DNA of 64,000 bases from Candidatus Bathyarchaeota archaeon (GCA_963707955.1 OY970176.1:1184001-1248000); one strand, 5' to 3'; numbered from the stretch's first letter, positions 18,651 through 30,499 are shown. Translations and numbers: made by a program. Notes: generated from the sequence alone by a model not told the origin.

Positions 18651-20181
18651 ATGGCTCAGACTTTTGAGGAAATAAGTGCAGCTGACTTTTTTCTACCGTA
18701 ACAGGGACATTGCTGGGTTTACGAATCCGTCTAGAGCCATTTTCGTGGCGGTCAGGGAGTTGGTTGAGAACTCGCTGGACGCGGCGGAAAGCCACCGATT
18801 ACTGCCGGACGTGTATGTTCGCTTGTCGTACGAGGGTGAAGCCAGCGCGGAGACTCAAGTTTACAAGTTGAGGGTTGAGGACAACGGCATCGGGGTTCCG
18901 CCTCGGCACATTCCTTCTGCCTTTGGCCAGATTCTTTTCGGTTCGAAGTACAAGCTTAAGCAGCAGAGGGGAACGTTCGGCTTGGGCGGCAAGATGGCGA
19001 TTCTGTATGGACAGATCACGACGCATCAGCCGGCCACGATAATCTCCAGCACGGGCATCTCGAAGACCTACATGTACAAGCTCATGATTGACATTCAGCG
19101 GAACCGCCCAGTGATTCTTGACAGAAAGGTTCTGATAAACAAGGAAATGTGGCGTGGAACCGTCGTCGAGTTTGCGCTTGAAGGGGACTATTTCAGGGCG
19201 ATGCCGAAGATTTTGGATTATCTCAAGCAGACGGCCATGGTGAACCCCTACGCAAACCTGACGTTCGTGGACCCAAAGGGTAGGCTGTACAAGTTCACCA
19301 GGGTAACCAAGGATATGCCGGTTCCGCCGAAGGAGACGAAGCCGCATCCGTACGGGGTGGACGTGGAACTGCTTCAACGGCTGATACAGATCACGCCCTA
19401 CAGGAATATGCTTGACTTCTTGAAGAACCATTTCCACCGTGTCGGCGAAATCACCGCGCAGAAGTTCTTGGCGTTCAGTGAAATAAGCCCGTCCAAAAAC
19501 CCGAGGAAACTCACTCACGAAGAAATCGTTAGGCTCATGCACATGCTGAAGAGGTTCAAGGAGTTTCTGCCGCCGGACGCAAGCTGCCTTTCTCCTCTCG
19601 GTGAGGACTTGCTGAAAACCGGAATCTCGAAGGAGCTGAAGCCAGAGTTTGTGTCTGTTCATCAGCGGAAACCGGCCACGTATGCTGGGCACCCGTTCAT
19701 CATTGAAATAGGCATAGCTTACGGCGGAGAGGTCCCAAGCAGGGGAGCTTTCATCGTCTATCGTTTTGCAAACAGAATCCCGTTGTTGTATGATGAGGCG
19801 AACGACGTTTCGCTCAGAGTGATCTCGGCGATGAACTGGCGCAGGTACCATGCCACTCCTGAAATGCCAGTGGCAATTCTTGTGCACATCTGCAGCACGA
19901 AGGTACCGTATAAGACGGTTGGCAAAGAGTTCATCGCTGACAGGCCTGAGGTTAGAAGGGAGATTGCAAATGGGCTGCGAGAAGTTGCTCGGCAACTCCA
20001 GCTTTTCCTGTCAAGAAGGGAGCATGTTGACAGGGACCGAAAGAGGCTGGGTGTTTTCAGCAAGTACCTGCCCAAGATTGCTCAGTTTTCGACTCAACTT
20101 GCGTGCAAGGAGAAGGTACCCGATATTGAGAAGCTTTTGGCGAGTGTGAAGAAGTATGGAACGGAAGAAGCACAGGATTAG
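18651..20181 (+). CDS. top6B: DNA topoisomerase VI subunit B (apparent extra base at 18687-18692)
   Basis: ATG 18651 gives MAQTFEEISAADF, continuing as FYRNRDIAGF in the next frame; GHKL motifs ELVENSLDA, EDNGIG, RGTFGLG. Confidence 0.93.
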
Positions 20182-21247
20182 TGTGAGTGAAAGGAAGAAA
20201 GAAGTTTTAGCGGGCCTTGAGACCCTTGGAAGCAAAATCTATGATCAGCTTGACAAGGCCATCTTTCCGTCAATAGACATGCCGAGCCGCTCTACGGACA
20301 ACATAATGTACGATGAGAAGATCAGACAGTTCATACTAGGCGACAGGAGGGTTCGCAGAAGCGCGCGTAACATCAGCCACCTGAAGCCGTTCACCCAGCT
20401 GGTCTGGGCGGCACTGTTCTCCAATGAGCTTTCTTCGCAACGTAAAACGTCAACTCTGAGGGATGTCTACTACTCGGCGCAGGCATATGAGATGACGTTC
20501 AAGGACCAGCAGGAATCAAACAACATCATAACAGACTTGGAAACGGTTCTGGGGTTTTCAAGAGAAGACTTCAACATCTTTCCAGAAGAGCGCTCAGCAG
20601 TCTTCGGCGACCTGAGAATAGAGTACACTGTGCCGGGTTATGAAGGCAAGACTCTAGATCTGACGTCTCACCCAGACGGCGTGCTCATCGGACCGGCACT
20701 GACTTCGTCCGAGTTTGTCAAAACCTCTGCAGACAAAGTAATAGCCATCGAGAAAGGCGGCTTGTTCACAAGGTTCATCGAAGAAAACGTGCACAAGAAG
20801 CACAACGCTGTTCTAGTGTTGACAGCCGGTCAGGCGCCCCGGGCCACGAGACACTTCATAAGAAGATTGAATGAGGAGCTGAACCTTCCAGTTTTCATCT
20901 TCACAGACGGTGACCCGTGGGGAATGCACATCGCCATGGTCATAATCTCAGGCTCTGCGAACGCTGCGCACTTGAGAGAGTTGAACACGCCTGACGCAAA
21001 ATGGAGCGGAGTCTGGGCAACAGACATCGTCGACTACAAGTTTCCGACTGATCCGCTGGACGACGTGGACATGAAGAGACTGTATGAGCTGCAGAAGGAT
21101 CCACGTTACAAAGACCCATTATGGCGCAGAGAGATCAAGACCTTTATGAAAATCAAACGGAAGGCGGAGCAAGAGGCGTTCAGCAGATACGGCCTAACAT
21201 ACATCGTGGACGAATACTTGCCGAACAAGCTCGAAGAAACGAAGTGA
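20156..21247 (+). CDS. top6A: DNA topoisomerase VI subunit A
   Basis: TLRDVYY catalytic Tyr, IAIEK, FTDGDPWG TOPRIM, KAEQEA. Confidence 0.96.
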   Translation: MERKKHRISVSERKKEVLAGLETLGSKIYDQLDKAIFPSIDMPSRSTDNIMYDEKIRQFILGDRRVRRSARNISHLKPFTQLVWAALFSNELSSQRKTSTLRDVYYSAQAYEMTFKDQQESNNIITDLETVLGFSREDFNIFPEERSAVFGDLRIEYTVPGYEGKTLDLTSHPDGVLIGPALTSSEFVKTSADKVIAIEKGGLFTRFIEENVHKKHNAVLVLTAGQAPRATRHFIRRLNEELNLPVFIFTDGDPWGMHIAMVIISGSANAAHLRELNTPDAKWSGVWATDIVDYKFPTDPLDDVDMKRLYELQKDPRYKDPLWRREIKTFMKIKRKAEQEAFSRYGLTYIVDEYLPNKLEETK

Positions 21248-21400
21248 AACCGCTCTCTTGACACACGCCCTTGTCTTGCACGTTCAGGGAAAACGAAGGC
21301 CTTCTCGTAACGGCTCTTATGATAGGGCACGCTTTTAGCGAAAGCATAAAATAACTGTGCATCTTTCTATCTGGGAGCATGTTGGAAGGAATGGACTGAA

Positions 21401-21601
21401 ATGAGTGATGAAGGCGGCTTCGGAATAGGTTTGGCTGAAAAATTCTTCGGCCTGATAATCTTTGTTGTGGGTCTTCTTGCTTTGTACTACACCGCCACAA
21501 GCGCCTCGACTCTGGGCGCGTTGACCGGTTTCTTCAGCGTTCTGTGCCTTATCCTCGTGGTGGTAGGTCTAGTTTTGATGATAGCCAAGACTAGTGAATA
21601 G
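21401..21601 (+). CDS. Small two-helix membrane protein
   Basis: 66 aa, two hydrophobic segments, upstream TATA-like CATAAAATA. Confidence 0.65.
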   Translation: MSDEGGFGIGLAEKFFGLIIFVVGLLALYYTATSASTLGALTGFFSVLCLILVVVGLVLMIAKTSE

Positions 21602-21602
21602 G

Positions 21603-21920
21603 CTATTCTCTTCTTTCAACAACTATCCTGCATTTCGTGGCCAGAGCAGCTATGACGCCTAGGGCTGCAAGCCATGGAGCAATGACGGCGCCGATGACCC
21701 CGACAGTGGCGGGTATTTCAAGAAGAACCTTCTCGTTCACATCCTTGACGATTATCCTGGTCACGTTTCCCTCGTGAAGCAGCTCCTTAACCCTCTGAAT
21801 GAGGTCGTCAGAAGAAACCGTGAACTCCTCTCGCGCAACTTTGGTGACCTTCGCACCGCAAACAGTGCAGAACTTATCCTCATCCATCAACTTCGCTCCA
21901 CACTTCGAGCAGTACGGCAA
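21603..21920 (-). CDS. Zinc-ribbon + DUF4342-like protein
   Basis: CSKCG...FCTVCG; VKELLHEGNVTRIIVK...LLEIP..G.IG. Confidence 0.8.
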   Translation of the reverse strand: MPYCSKCGAKLMDEDKFCTVCGAKVTKVAREEFTVSSDDLIQRVKELLHEGNVTRIIVKDVNEKVLLEIPATVGVIGAVIAPWLAALGVIAALATKCRIVVERRE

Positions 21921-22025
21921 ACTCTGAGCTCCTGAGATGAGCATTTATTAGGGTAATAGTTTATTAATTTTCAGCAGACAGTCAGAAAACGGCTTGTTCA
22001 GCGCTGGTGCAGGAAGAAGATTAAA

Positions 22026-23808
22026 ATGCCGATTCGTCAACCAATCGTGTGCGTTCTCGGCCACGTTGACAGCGGCAAGACTTCTCTTCTGGATAAGATC
22101 CGCAAAACAAGCGTTCAGGCCCGCGAAGTCGGCGGAATCACTCAGCACATCGGCGCCAAGCTTCTTCCCACCTGAGACTCTAGCTCAGCTTGTGGGTCCC
22201 CAACTCTCCGGAGTCAAGGGCGAAATAGAAATCCCCGGCCTGCTCATCGTGGACACACCGGGACACGAGGTTTTCACGAACCTTCGCAGAAGAGGCGGCA
22301 GCGTCGCAGACATAGCCATTCTGGTAATCAACGTTCTCAGAGGCCTCGAAGCTCAAACCTACGAATGCATCGAGATTCTCAAGGCCCGGAAGACTCCGTT
22401 CATAGTCGCAGCGAACATGATTGACCGCATACCAGGCTGGAGGTCCCAACCAGACACACCCTTCTCTAAAACCTATCCGCTGCAAGACCCTTACGTCAGG
22501 GAGGACCTGGACAACAGAATATACGACATCATAGGCACATTCTTCCGGTTGGGGTTCAAAACAGATCGCTTCGACCACGTAAGAGAATTCACTACTACTG
22601 TAGCAGTAGTTCCCACTAGCGCCAAGACAGGCGAGGGCATAAGCGAACTCATCATGGTACTCATCGGACTTGCACAGCAGTACCTCAAGAAGCGTCTGCA
22701 GACTACTAAAGGCCCAGCAAAGGGCACGATTCTGGAAGTGAAGGAGGAAACTGGGCTCGGACTAACCCTTAACACGATCATCTACGACGGTGTGCTGCAG
22801 AAGGACGACCTGATCGTCGTAGGCGGCAAAGAAAAACCAATAGTAACACGGACACGTGCGATTCTCGTCCCCAAACCGCTGGACGAGATCAGAGACCCAA
22901 GGGACAAGTTCTCCTCGGTCGACTCTGTTTCTGCCGCGGCTGGAGTCAAGATCGTCGCGCCGGACCTTGAAGGAGTCTTAGCAGGCGCAACTCTGTACGC
23001 TGTTCCTAAAGGTGCCGAACCAGAAAAGTACGCCAGATTGATCACCGAGGAAATTGGAAAAATCAGAATCTCAACGGATATTGACGGAGTTGTCGTGAAG
23101 GCAGACACGCTTGGCTCACTTGAGGCGATTGCAGATATACTCAAGCAGAACAAGGTGTCCATCCGACTGGCAGATGTTGGAGACATATCGAAACGAGACG
23201 TTGCCGAAGCAGCCGCCGTGAAGGAACACGAACCGCTGTACGGCGCCATACTAGCCTTCAACGTTAGAACCCTGCCCGATGCGGAAGAAGAAGCCACAAG
23301 CAGAGGCATAACGATCTTCGCGGATAGAATAATCTACCATGTCATAGAGAACTATCTTGCATGGTTCAAAGGAAAACGCGAAGCCGGACTCGAAGAAGAC
23401 TTCGACGCCCTCGTCAAACCCGCCAAACTTAGAGTTATGGAAGGCTACGTGTTCCGAAGAGCCAAACCCGCCATATTCGGCGTCGAAATCCTCGCAGGAA
23501 ACATCAAGCCCAAATACGGGCTCGTAAGAGCTGAAAACGGCGAAGAAATCGGCGAAATCCAGCAGATACAAGAAAAAGGAGAAGCCCTTTCAACCGCCGG
23601 ACAAGGAATGCAGGTAGCAGTGTCAGTCGACAAGCCCATTTTTGGAAGACACATATTCGAAAAAGACGTGCTGTACGTCAAAATCCCTGAAAAGCACGCC
23701 AAAGCGCTGCAGGCAAAGTTCACCGAAAAGTTGACTCCGGAAGAACTTGAAGCACTCAACGAGTACGTCAACCTCATGAGAAAGAAAGTGCCCTTCTGGG
23801 GAGCATAA
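22026..23808 (+). CDS. infB: Translation initiation factor aIF5B/IF-2 (apparent extra base near 22157)
   Basis: ATG 22026 gives [19 protein letters not shown]...GGITQHIGA, continuing in the next frame as SFFP...DTPGHE. Confidence 0.95.
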
Positions 23809-23892
23809 AGCACGTGTCCCTGACCCACAAAAACTAGTAAATGCGCAGGATGCAAACCGTAAACTGACCGCAGACTAACCATCGGGCGAATG

Positions 23893-24186
23893 TTAGCCGC
23901 CGCTGACAGGTGGAACTATCGCAAGAATATCTCCATCCGAAAGCTCAGTTTCCATGCCTTTAGGGGAAGACACGCTTCTGCCGTTCACGAGAAACTGCAG
24001 GAAACCCTTAACCTCACGAGTCCTATGGTCATAAACGTACTCGCCAAAGGCTTTACCATACTTCTCACTTAACCGCTTAAGAACACGGTTCACTGTCACC
24101 TCTTCATCCTTTGGAAACTGTAAAGTTTCCTCTTTCTTGCCTGTGATCTCCCTGAGAATAGTGAAGAACCGCACTGAGACACGCAA
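23893..24186 (-). CDS. MoaD/ThiS-family ubiquitin-like small protein (SAMP/Urm1-like)
   Basis: Beta-grasp pattern, LVNGR, C-terminal PPVSGG; likely TTG start at 24186. Confidence 0.88.
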   Translation of the reverse strand: MRVSVRFFTILREITGKKEETLQFPKDEEVTVNRVLKRLSEKYGKAFGEYVYDHRTREVKGFLQFLVNGRSVSSPKGMETELSDGDILAIVPPVSGG

Positions 24187-24333
24187 GACTTGACCGCCTA
24201 GAAAAATGAAACAACAAGCCAAAATTTAAACCGTTGCACCGCAGAAAACACAAAACAACGTGTGCATGCACTGCGCAGTTTCGCCCGCGAACGGAGCAAA
24301 TCTATTTACAGACGCAAACATGCAGAGGCAAGA

Positions 24334-24341
24334 TTTATATT
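24334..24341 (+). promoter_or_regulatory. TATA box for thermosome gene
   Basis: TTTATATT with a purine-rich upstream BRE-like stretch; SD GGAGGG before ATG 24401. Confidence 0.5.
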
Positions 24342-24400
24342 ATTGAGCATTTTTGCTTATTTCCGACTAATAGAATTCTAACCTTGAACGGAGGGTATGA

Positions 24401-26056
24401 ATGGCATATTTAACGACAACAGCGTCGGGACAACCAGTCCTGATCCTGAAGGAAGGAACGTCACGGAACAGAGGTAAGGAAACTCAGAGAAACAATATAA
24501 TGGCCGCAAGAATAGTCGGTGAAGTCTTGAAGACGACCTTGGGACCGCGCGGCATGGACAAGATGCTCATCGACAGCCTTGGAGACATCACCATAACAAA
24601 CGACGGAGCCACGATACTGAACGAGATTGAAGTTGACCACCCAGCAGCGAAGATGATGGTGGAAATCGCGAAAACTCAAGACGACATGGTAGGCGACGGA
24701 ACGACAACCGCCGTCGTGTTGGCAGGGGAACTGCTCAAAAAGGCAGAAGATCTCTTAGAACAGAACATCCACCCCACGATAATTGTCAGCGGCTACCGCA
24801 AGGCAGCCGAAAAGGCGGTTGAAACAATAAACAACACGGCGATAGAAGTCGACATAGAAGACCGTGCGACACTCAAAAAAGTCGCCGTGACATCGATGGC
24901 AAGCAAGGCAGTAGGCGCGGCGAAAGACCACCTTGCAGACATGGCAATCGACGCGGTGATGCAAATAGTTGAAAAACGCGGAGACAGAAACGTCGCCGAC
25001 ATAGACAACGTTCAAGTCACGAAGAAAACGGGAAAGAGCCTCTTCGAGTCACAACTCGTCAAAGGCCTAGTCATAGACAAGGAAGTAGTCCACTCCGGCA
25101 TGCCTAAACAAGTCGAAAGAGCAAAGATAGCACTATTGGACGCTGCACTCGAAATTGAGAAGACAGAGATCAGCGCTGAAATACGGATACGCGACCCAAA
25201 CCAGATGAAAGCCTTCCTAGACCAAGAAAACAAGATGCTGCAAGACATGGTTGAAAAGGTCAAAGCCTCAGGCGCAAACGTTGTTTTCTGCCAGAAAGGC
25301 ATCGACGACATGGCGCAACACTTCCTAGCAAAAGCAGGAATACTCGCAGCAAGAAGAGTGAAACAGTCAGACATGGAGAAGCTGGCAAGAGCCACTGGCG
25401 GAAGAATAATCACGAACCTCACCGACTTGAAAGTCCAAGACTTGGGAGCAGCGGGCCTCGTGGAAGAACGCAAACTCGGCGAAGACAAGATGATCTTCGT
25501 GGAGAAATGCAAAGACCCCCGCTCAGTCGCCATCATTATACGCGCTGGACTAGAAAGAATGGTCGACGAAGCTGAAAGAGCAATGACCGACGCGCTGTCC
25601 GTGGTTTCAGACGTCATAGAAAACAACAAGATAGTTGCAGGCGGCGGCGCAGTGGAAGTCGAAATGGCCAAAGAACTTCGAAAGTACGCCATAAACGTGG
25701 GCGGAAGAGAACAGCTCGCGATAGAATCCTTCGCTGACGCCATCGAAGTGATACCCAAAGCCCTAGCTGAAAACGCTGGGCTCGAACCTGTAGACGTAAT
25801 CGTCGAACTTAGAGCAGCACACGAGAAAACAGACGGCCAACACAAAGGCATAAACGTCTTCAACGGAAAAGTCGAAAACATGCGCGACAAAGGCGTGATC
25901 GAACCCCTAGTAGTGAAAGAACAGGCAGTGAAGTCAGCAACAGAATCCGCTGCAATGATACTCCGCATAGACGACGTCATAGCAGCCACCAAGCCTAAGG
26001 AAGGACCAGGAGCAGGAAAACCACCCGGCGGCGAAATGCCCGAAGGCGAAGACTAA
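24401..26056 (+). CDS. Thermosome (group II chaperonin) subunit
   Basis: [29 protein letters not shown] motifs. Confidence 0.97.
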   Translation: MAYLTTTASGQPVLILKEGTSRNRGKETQRNNIMAARIVGEVLKTTLGPRGMDKMLIDSLGDITITNDGATILNEIEVDHPAAKMMVEIAKTQDDMVGDGTTTAVVLAGELLKKAEDLLEQNIHPTIIVSGYRKAAEKAVETINNTAIEVDIEDRATLKKVAVTSMASKAVGAAKDHLADMAIDAVMQIVEKRGDRNVADIDNVQVTKKTGKSLFESQLVKGLVIDKEVVHSGMPKQVERAKIALLDAALEIEKTEISAEIRIRDPNQMKAFLDQENKMLQDMVEKVKASGANVVFCQKGIDDMAQHFLAKAGILAARRVKQSDMEKLARATGGRIITNLTDLKVQDLGAAGLVEERKLGEDKMIFVEKCKDPRSVAIIIRAGLERMVDEAERAMTDALSVVSDVIENNKIVAGGGAVEVEMAKELRKYAINVGGREQLAIESFADAIEVIPKALAENAGLEPVDVIVELRAAHEKTDGQHKGINVFNGKVENMRDKGVIEPLVVKEQAVKSATESAAMILRIDDVIAATKPKEGPGAGKPPGGEMPEGED

Positions 26057-26302
26057 AAACATCCCCTAGTTTTTCTACATCTTCCATCCATTTTTCTCAA
26101 CAATACACTAACTTTACACTGTCAGCTTCTTCGCGCGCCAATGGCAAGCCAGAGTCTGTGCAGATCCTTTGTGGCTTCAACACTTTGTCAATCAAGAAAT
26201 CCTTCGCCGCCTCCACGGGGAGAATAAACGTCACAGAACGATCAGCAACACTATAACTAGAAGAACGAAAATATACTTCAAACGCAAGTAGTCTTGTCCA
26301 GT

Positions 26303-26415
26303 GCTCCGGTAGTATAGTCCGGTCAAACCTTGAAGGGATCATGTATAGCGGCCTCTCGACTCTCACAACTGGGAGAAAGCCGCGGACCCGGGTCCAAATC
26401 CCGGCCGGAGCACCA
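26303..26415 (+). tRNA. tRNA-Glu(CUC) with two introns (26327-26342 in the D-loop; 26359-26377 at 37/38) and encoded CCA
   Basis: Acceptor GCTCCGG/CCGGAGC+ACCA, anticodon stem GCGGC/GCCGC, anticodon CTC at 26355-26357, T-stem CCGGG/CCCGG; both inserts form bulge-helix-bulge-like junctions. Confidence 0.9.
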
Positions 26416-26519
26416 TTTTGACGCGCCAAAGAGATTGTTATGAAAAAGCAATTTGTTTCTTCATTCGCGTTTTTTCCCGGAAGAAACGTTATAGTTTAGT
26501 CGGGTCATGTTATGAGTAG

Positions 26520-27506
26520 ATGCGGATGGCAATCTGCTTGGGCAAATATGTGCTTGTAGACCGGATCGAATTCACCGTAACATATCTCTGCAATTCAAGC
26601 TGTAGCCATTGCCAGTTCGGTGAAGAAGAGAAAGGGAAGACGTTTCCAAGTCATGTTGACAAGGAAAAGGCTGTTGAAATTGTCAGAAAGGTCGGTGGAG
26701 CATATACTCCAAAATCAATCATGACGTTTGGCGGAGAGCCTCTGCTCTATCCTGAAATCGTCTGCGCAATCCACGAACAAGCAAAGAAAATGGGTATTCC
26801 TATTCGAGATGTCATCACGAACGGTTTCTGGTCGACAAAAGCAGAAAAGATTCAGGAAATCGCCCAGAACCTCGCCAAGTCTGGTGTTAATGAAGTCTCA
26901 ATTTCGGTTGACTGCTTCCATCAAGAATTCATTCCGCTCAAGACTGTTAAGAAGACCGCAACTTCACTCATCGACGCGGGAATTGAGCGCGTGCGGTGGA
27001 ATCCATGTTGGGTCGTGTCCAAAGACAATGACAACAAATACAATCGCAGGACCAAAGCAATCTTGCAGAAACTCCACAATCTGCAGGTGGAAGAGAGTGA
27101 GGGAAACAGCGTGCAGCCCAAAGGAAAAGCTCGTTCATCTTTAGCAGAATTCTTTCCGCCGAGAACGGCGATGCCGAAGGGAAAATGCGGTGATATACCC
27201 TACACGGAAAAGCTTGATTCAGTCAAAACGATTTCTGTAGAACCAGACGGAAGAGTTGCTGTCTGCGAGAATTTCTACATCGGAAACGCGTTTAAATCAG
27301 ACATCATTGATATCCTAGAGAATTATGACCCGTTCAAAATTCCTGAAGCAAAATCAATACTCGAAAAAGGCATGGACGGACTGATAAAATGGGCAAAGAA
27401 AAAAGGCGTCGAGCCAAGGCCAGAGGGATACTATAATATCTGTCACCTGTGCACCGACCTTCGAGAAAGAACAAGCATTGCATGCTCAAATTCTTCATCT
27501 CACTGA
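26520..27506 (+). CDS. Radical SAM protein with C-terminal Cys-rich (SPASM/twitch-like) region
   Basis: CNSSCSHC, FGGEP, ITNG, ISVDCFH; later CG...PDGRVAVC...CHLC. Confidence 0.88.
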   Translation: MRMAICLGKYVLVDRIEFTVTYLCNSSCSHCQFGEEEKGKTFPSHVDKEKAVEIVRKVGGAYTPKSIMTFGGEPLLYPEIVCAIHEQAKKMGIPIRDVITNGFWSTKAEKIQEIAQNLAKSGVNEVSISVDCFHQEFIPLKTVKKTATSLIDAGIERVRWNPCWVVSKDNDNKYNRRTKAILQKLHNLQVEESEGNSVQPKGKARSSLAEFFPPRTAMPKGKCGDIPYTEKLDSVKTISVEPDGRVAVCENFYIGNAFKSDIIDILENYDPFKIPEAKSILEKGMDGLIKWAKKKGVEPRPEGYYNICHLCTDLRERTSIACSNSSSH

Positions 27507-27753
27507 GCACCAGCAAAAGATTAAAAGTTGGCCTTTCTCCATTCTCAAGGCAGTCGGATAACTTCTTCCTGATTGCCGACTAAGACCCCAAGATGATGCT
27601 GGTCTGCATACTGTTTTCAGCCTTAATTCGTACCTGCTTAGCACAAAAAAGCGCAGTTTAGGTAGTTTCGAAAGCATGGTTGAAATTGGGGCGCGAATTT
27701 GCCAGTAAAAATCGCGAACACGATGTTTCAATGATTTGTCTTGTGACGAGCGG

Positions 27754-30499
27754 CTAGTCGAGCTTGTAGTTTGCTTTCCCTTTTTCGTTTATGGCAGGTA
27801 TGGTTATGAGGAATCGGGCTCCTTGCCCAGGTTGACCTGTTTCCTGTATTGTCCAGCCATAGACTTCCATCATTTTCTTGATGAGGTACAGTCCGTAGCC
27901 TGTGCCTTTTCCGATTCCTTCTTTGAAAAGGTTGAGTTTCTCACCAGGAGTTATGCCCACGCCGTCATCTTCATAGACGAGTCTGAGTTGGTCTTCGCTT
28001 TTCTCGTAAAAAATTCTGATTTGGGTAATTTTCTTCCCGTACTTCAATGAGTTATCGATAAGGTTGTAGAAAAGCTCTCTCAAGAGAGAGTCAGCAAGAA
28101 GCTGCAAACCGTAACACTCGTTCGTCACTTTTGCGCTATACATGTCGGAAAAAAGCGAAACGGCCTCGTTGATGGTTTTCTCTGCACCTACGTACACTAA
28201 CTCTTCAGCACCCAACATCTCGTAGGCTTCTTGCAAAATCGAAAATCCTGACCGCTTGCTGAACAGCCTTTTCTATCTCCGCCACATAGTTCAGGGCTTC
28301 ACTGTTTGCAGGCAGCTTCTTCTTGGTCAAGTAGGCGTTTCCCACAACTGCGGAGAGCTTGTTTCGCACATCATGCCGACTCAACCTGCCGACAACGCGC
28401 AGTTTTTCGTTCATCGCTTCTAGTCTTTTCAACGCCTCTCTCAACCCTTCCTCCGCCTTCTTCAGCTGAGAGATGTCCTTGTACACCGCTGTGTGGCTTA
28501 TGACTTGGCCTCCAACGACTATGGGAGCCGTCGAAAAGGCAACCGGAATCAGAGTTCCATCTTTTCTCTTTCTAACGGTGTCCTCATGATACGTCTCTCC
28601 CTTACTGGCCCTTTCGTCGAACATTCTAGCCTGTTCCATTCTGTCCATTGGCACTATTATATCGTTGATGTGTTTGCCAATGACCTCGGCTGGAGAATAC
28701 CCGAAGAGCTTGGTGAAACGCGGATTGATCTCCAAGATGTGAAAGCTCGAATCCATATAGACCATTGCTTCAGGATTGGCCATGAACAGTTTCTCAAACT
28801 TCTGTTGACTCTCCTGAATTTCCTGCGCGTAGGCTTCCAGATTCTTAGAATATTCTAGTTTGATCATTGCAGTGCCTGCGTGCGACGCCAAGATTTCAAG
28901 TAGTTCCTGATCTTTTTCGTTGAAAGCATTCAATTCATTGCTTTCCACGTTTAGAACTCCGAGAACTTCGTTCCCAACCTTTATGGGCACGGCGAGTTCT
29001 GAGTGGATGTTTTCTCCGAATTTGACATAAACCGCCTCTTCACTGGTATCTCGAAGGAGAATAGTTTCACCTGCCTTTGCCACTTTGACCGTCACGCCTC
29101 TGTCCCCGTCCATTGGTAGGGTGACTGTGAAGTCCTTGGAGCGTCCTCGATTTTCTACTAGGTGGAGATTTTTTCCTTCTATCAAGAGAAAGTCGGCGAA
29201 TTTGAATCCCAGAGTTTTCTGTGCAGCGTCTAGGGCCAACTCGCAGATTTCTTGCACGCTGTTTGCCATGTTCAAGCTCTGACCGTAGTTGTTCAGAGCT
29301 GAAAGGCTTCTTTCATAACGTTTCCTTTCTGTAATGTCCCTGTACAACCCCACGGATCCGATTGTTTTGCCTTCAAACGTGATGGGAGCAACGGAAATCG
29401 ACACTGGAACTAAGGATCCGTCTTTCCTCTTTCTAACTGTTTCGTGATAAAGACATCCTTCTAAGGACGCTTTGTCCAGCATTTCTGCCTCTTCAATCTT
29501 ATCGTTCTGCACTACAACATCGTTAACGTCTTTTCCTTTGACCTCATCTAATGAGTAGCCAAAGAGTTCCGTGAAGCGGGGGTTAATGTCTAAGATAAGG
29601 GAATTTTGGTCTGTGTAAACAGCTGCTTCAGGACTATCCATGAACAGTTGTTTGAACTTCTCCTGGTTCTCCAGCAACGCTCGCTCGACTTTTTTGCGTT
29701 CGGTGATGTCGACGAAGCTTTCCACCATGTACTTGTGGCCTTTCCACGTCATCGTCACAACGGTCTTAAGAATCGGGATCTTCCCACCGTCAGCTCTTAA
29801 CAACACGCGTTCTGACTTGTCTACAGCCTGACCCAAGTCAGTAATTGGACATTTTCCTTTTTCCGCTGGACAGATAAAGTTGTGGCACACTCTTCCGATA
29901 ACATGCTCTCTCGAAGCGCCTATCGCTTCTAGCGCATTGGAATTCACGTCCATGATCTCATGCGTTTCTGCATCTATGACCAGAACCCCTGCGGAGATGG
30001 AGGATAGTATTGCTTTCAGATAGTCTTCACTCGCTCCCAGCGCCTCCTCTCTTTTTCTACCCTGAACGACTTGGAATACGCTGTGCGCCAGTTCACCGTA
30101 CACTGTTTCTGGATCGCCTACTTTGTTGAAATATCGGTCTGCGCCAAGGTTCAACGCCTTAATCGCAACTTCCTCTCTGCCTTCCCCAGTGAATATGATG
30201 AATGGAATGTCGTTTCCACCGTCCTGCAGGTCTTTCAGAAACTCAAGACCATCCTTCGTCGGCATCGCATAGTCGCAAATGACCACATCATACTTCTTAT
30301 TCTTCATCTTTTCAACAGCCGCTTCGGCAGATAATGCAGTGTCCACCTGAAGTTTGCCTTGCATCTCTAAGCACTCTTTGGCGACCTTCAAACAGCAAGA
30401 ATCATCGTCTACATGTAAAATATGCACGCGCTCCCTATCAGTCAGATTCAGGAGTACTCCAGTAGAATCAACTTTCTGTTGAACAGTTGGCTCCGTCAT
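27754..30499 (-). CDS. Hybrid sensor histidine kinase REC-PAS-PAS-GAF-PAS-HisKA-HATPase (apparent extra base near 28229)
   Basis: ILHVDDD/CDYAMP receiver, PAS repeats, GAF (SELAVPI, GVLNVES), RHDVRNKL H-box; NLIDNSLKYG, EDDGVGI, GYGL in ORF 27754..28236. Confidence 0.88.

Noticed and set aside
18799-19995. Long antisense ORFs (398 aa here; also 25012-25992, 326 aa)
   Set aside because: Shadows of top6B and the thermosome with no recognisable motifs.
26097-26429. 110-aa minus-strand ORF
   Set aside because: Its first third is the antisense of the tRNA-Glu gene; remainder has no recognisable motif.
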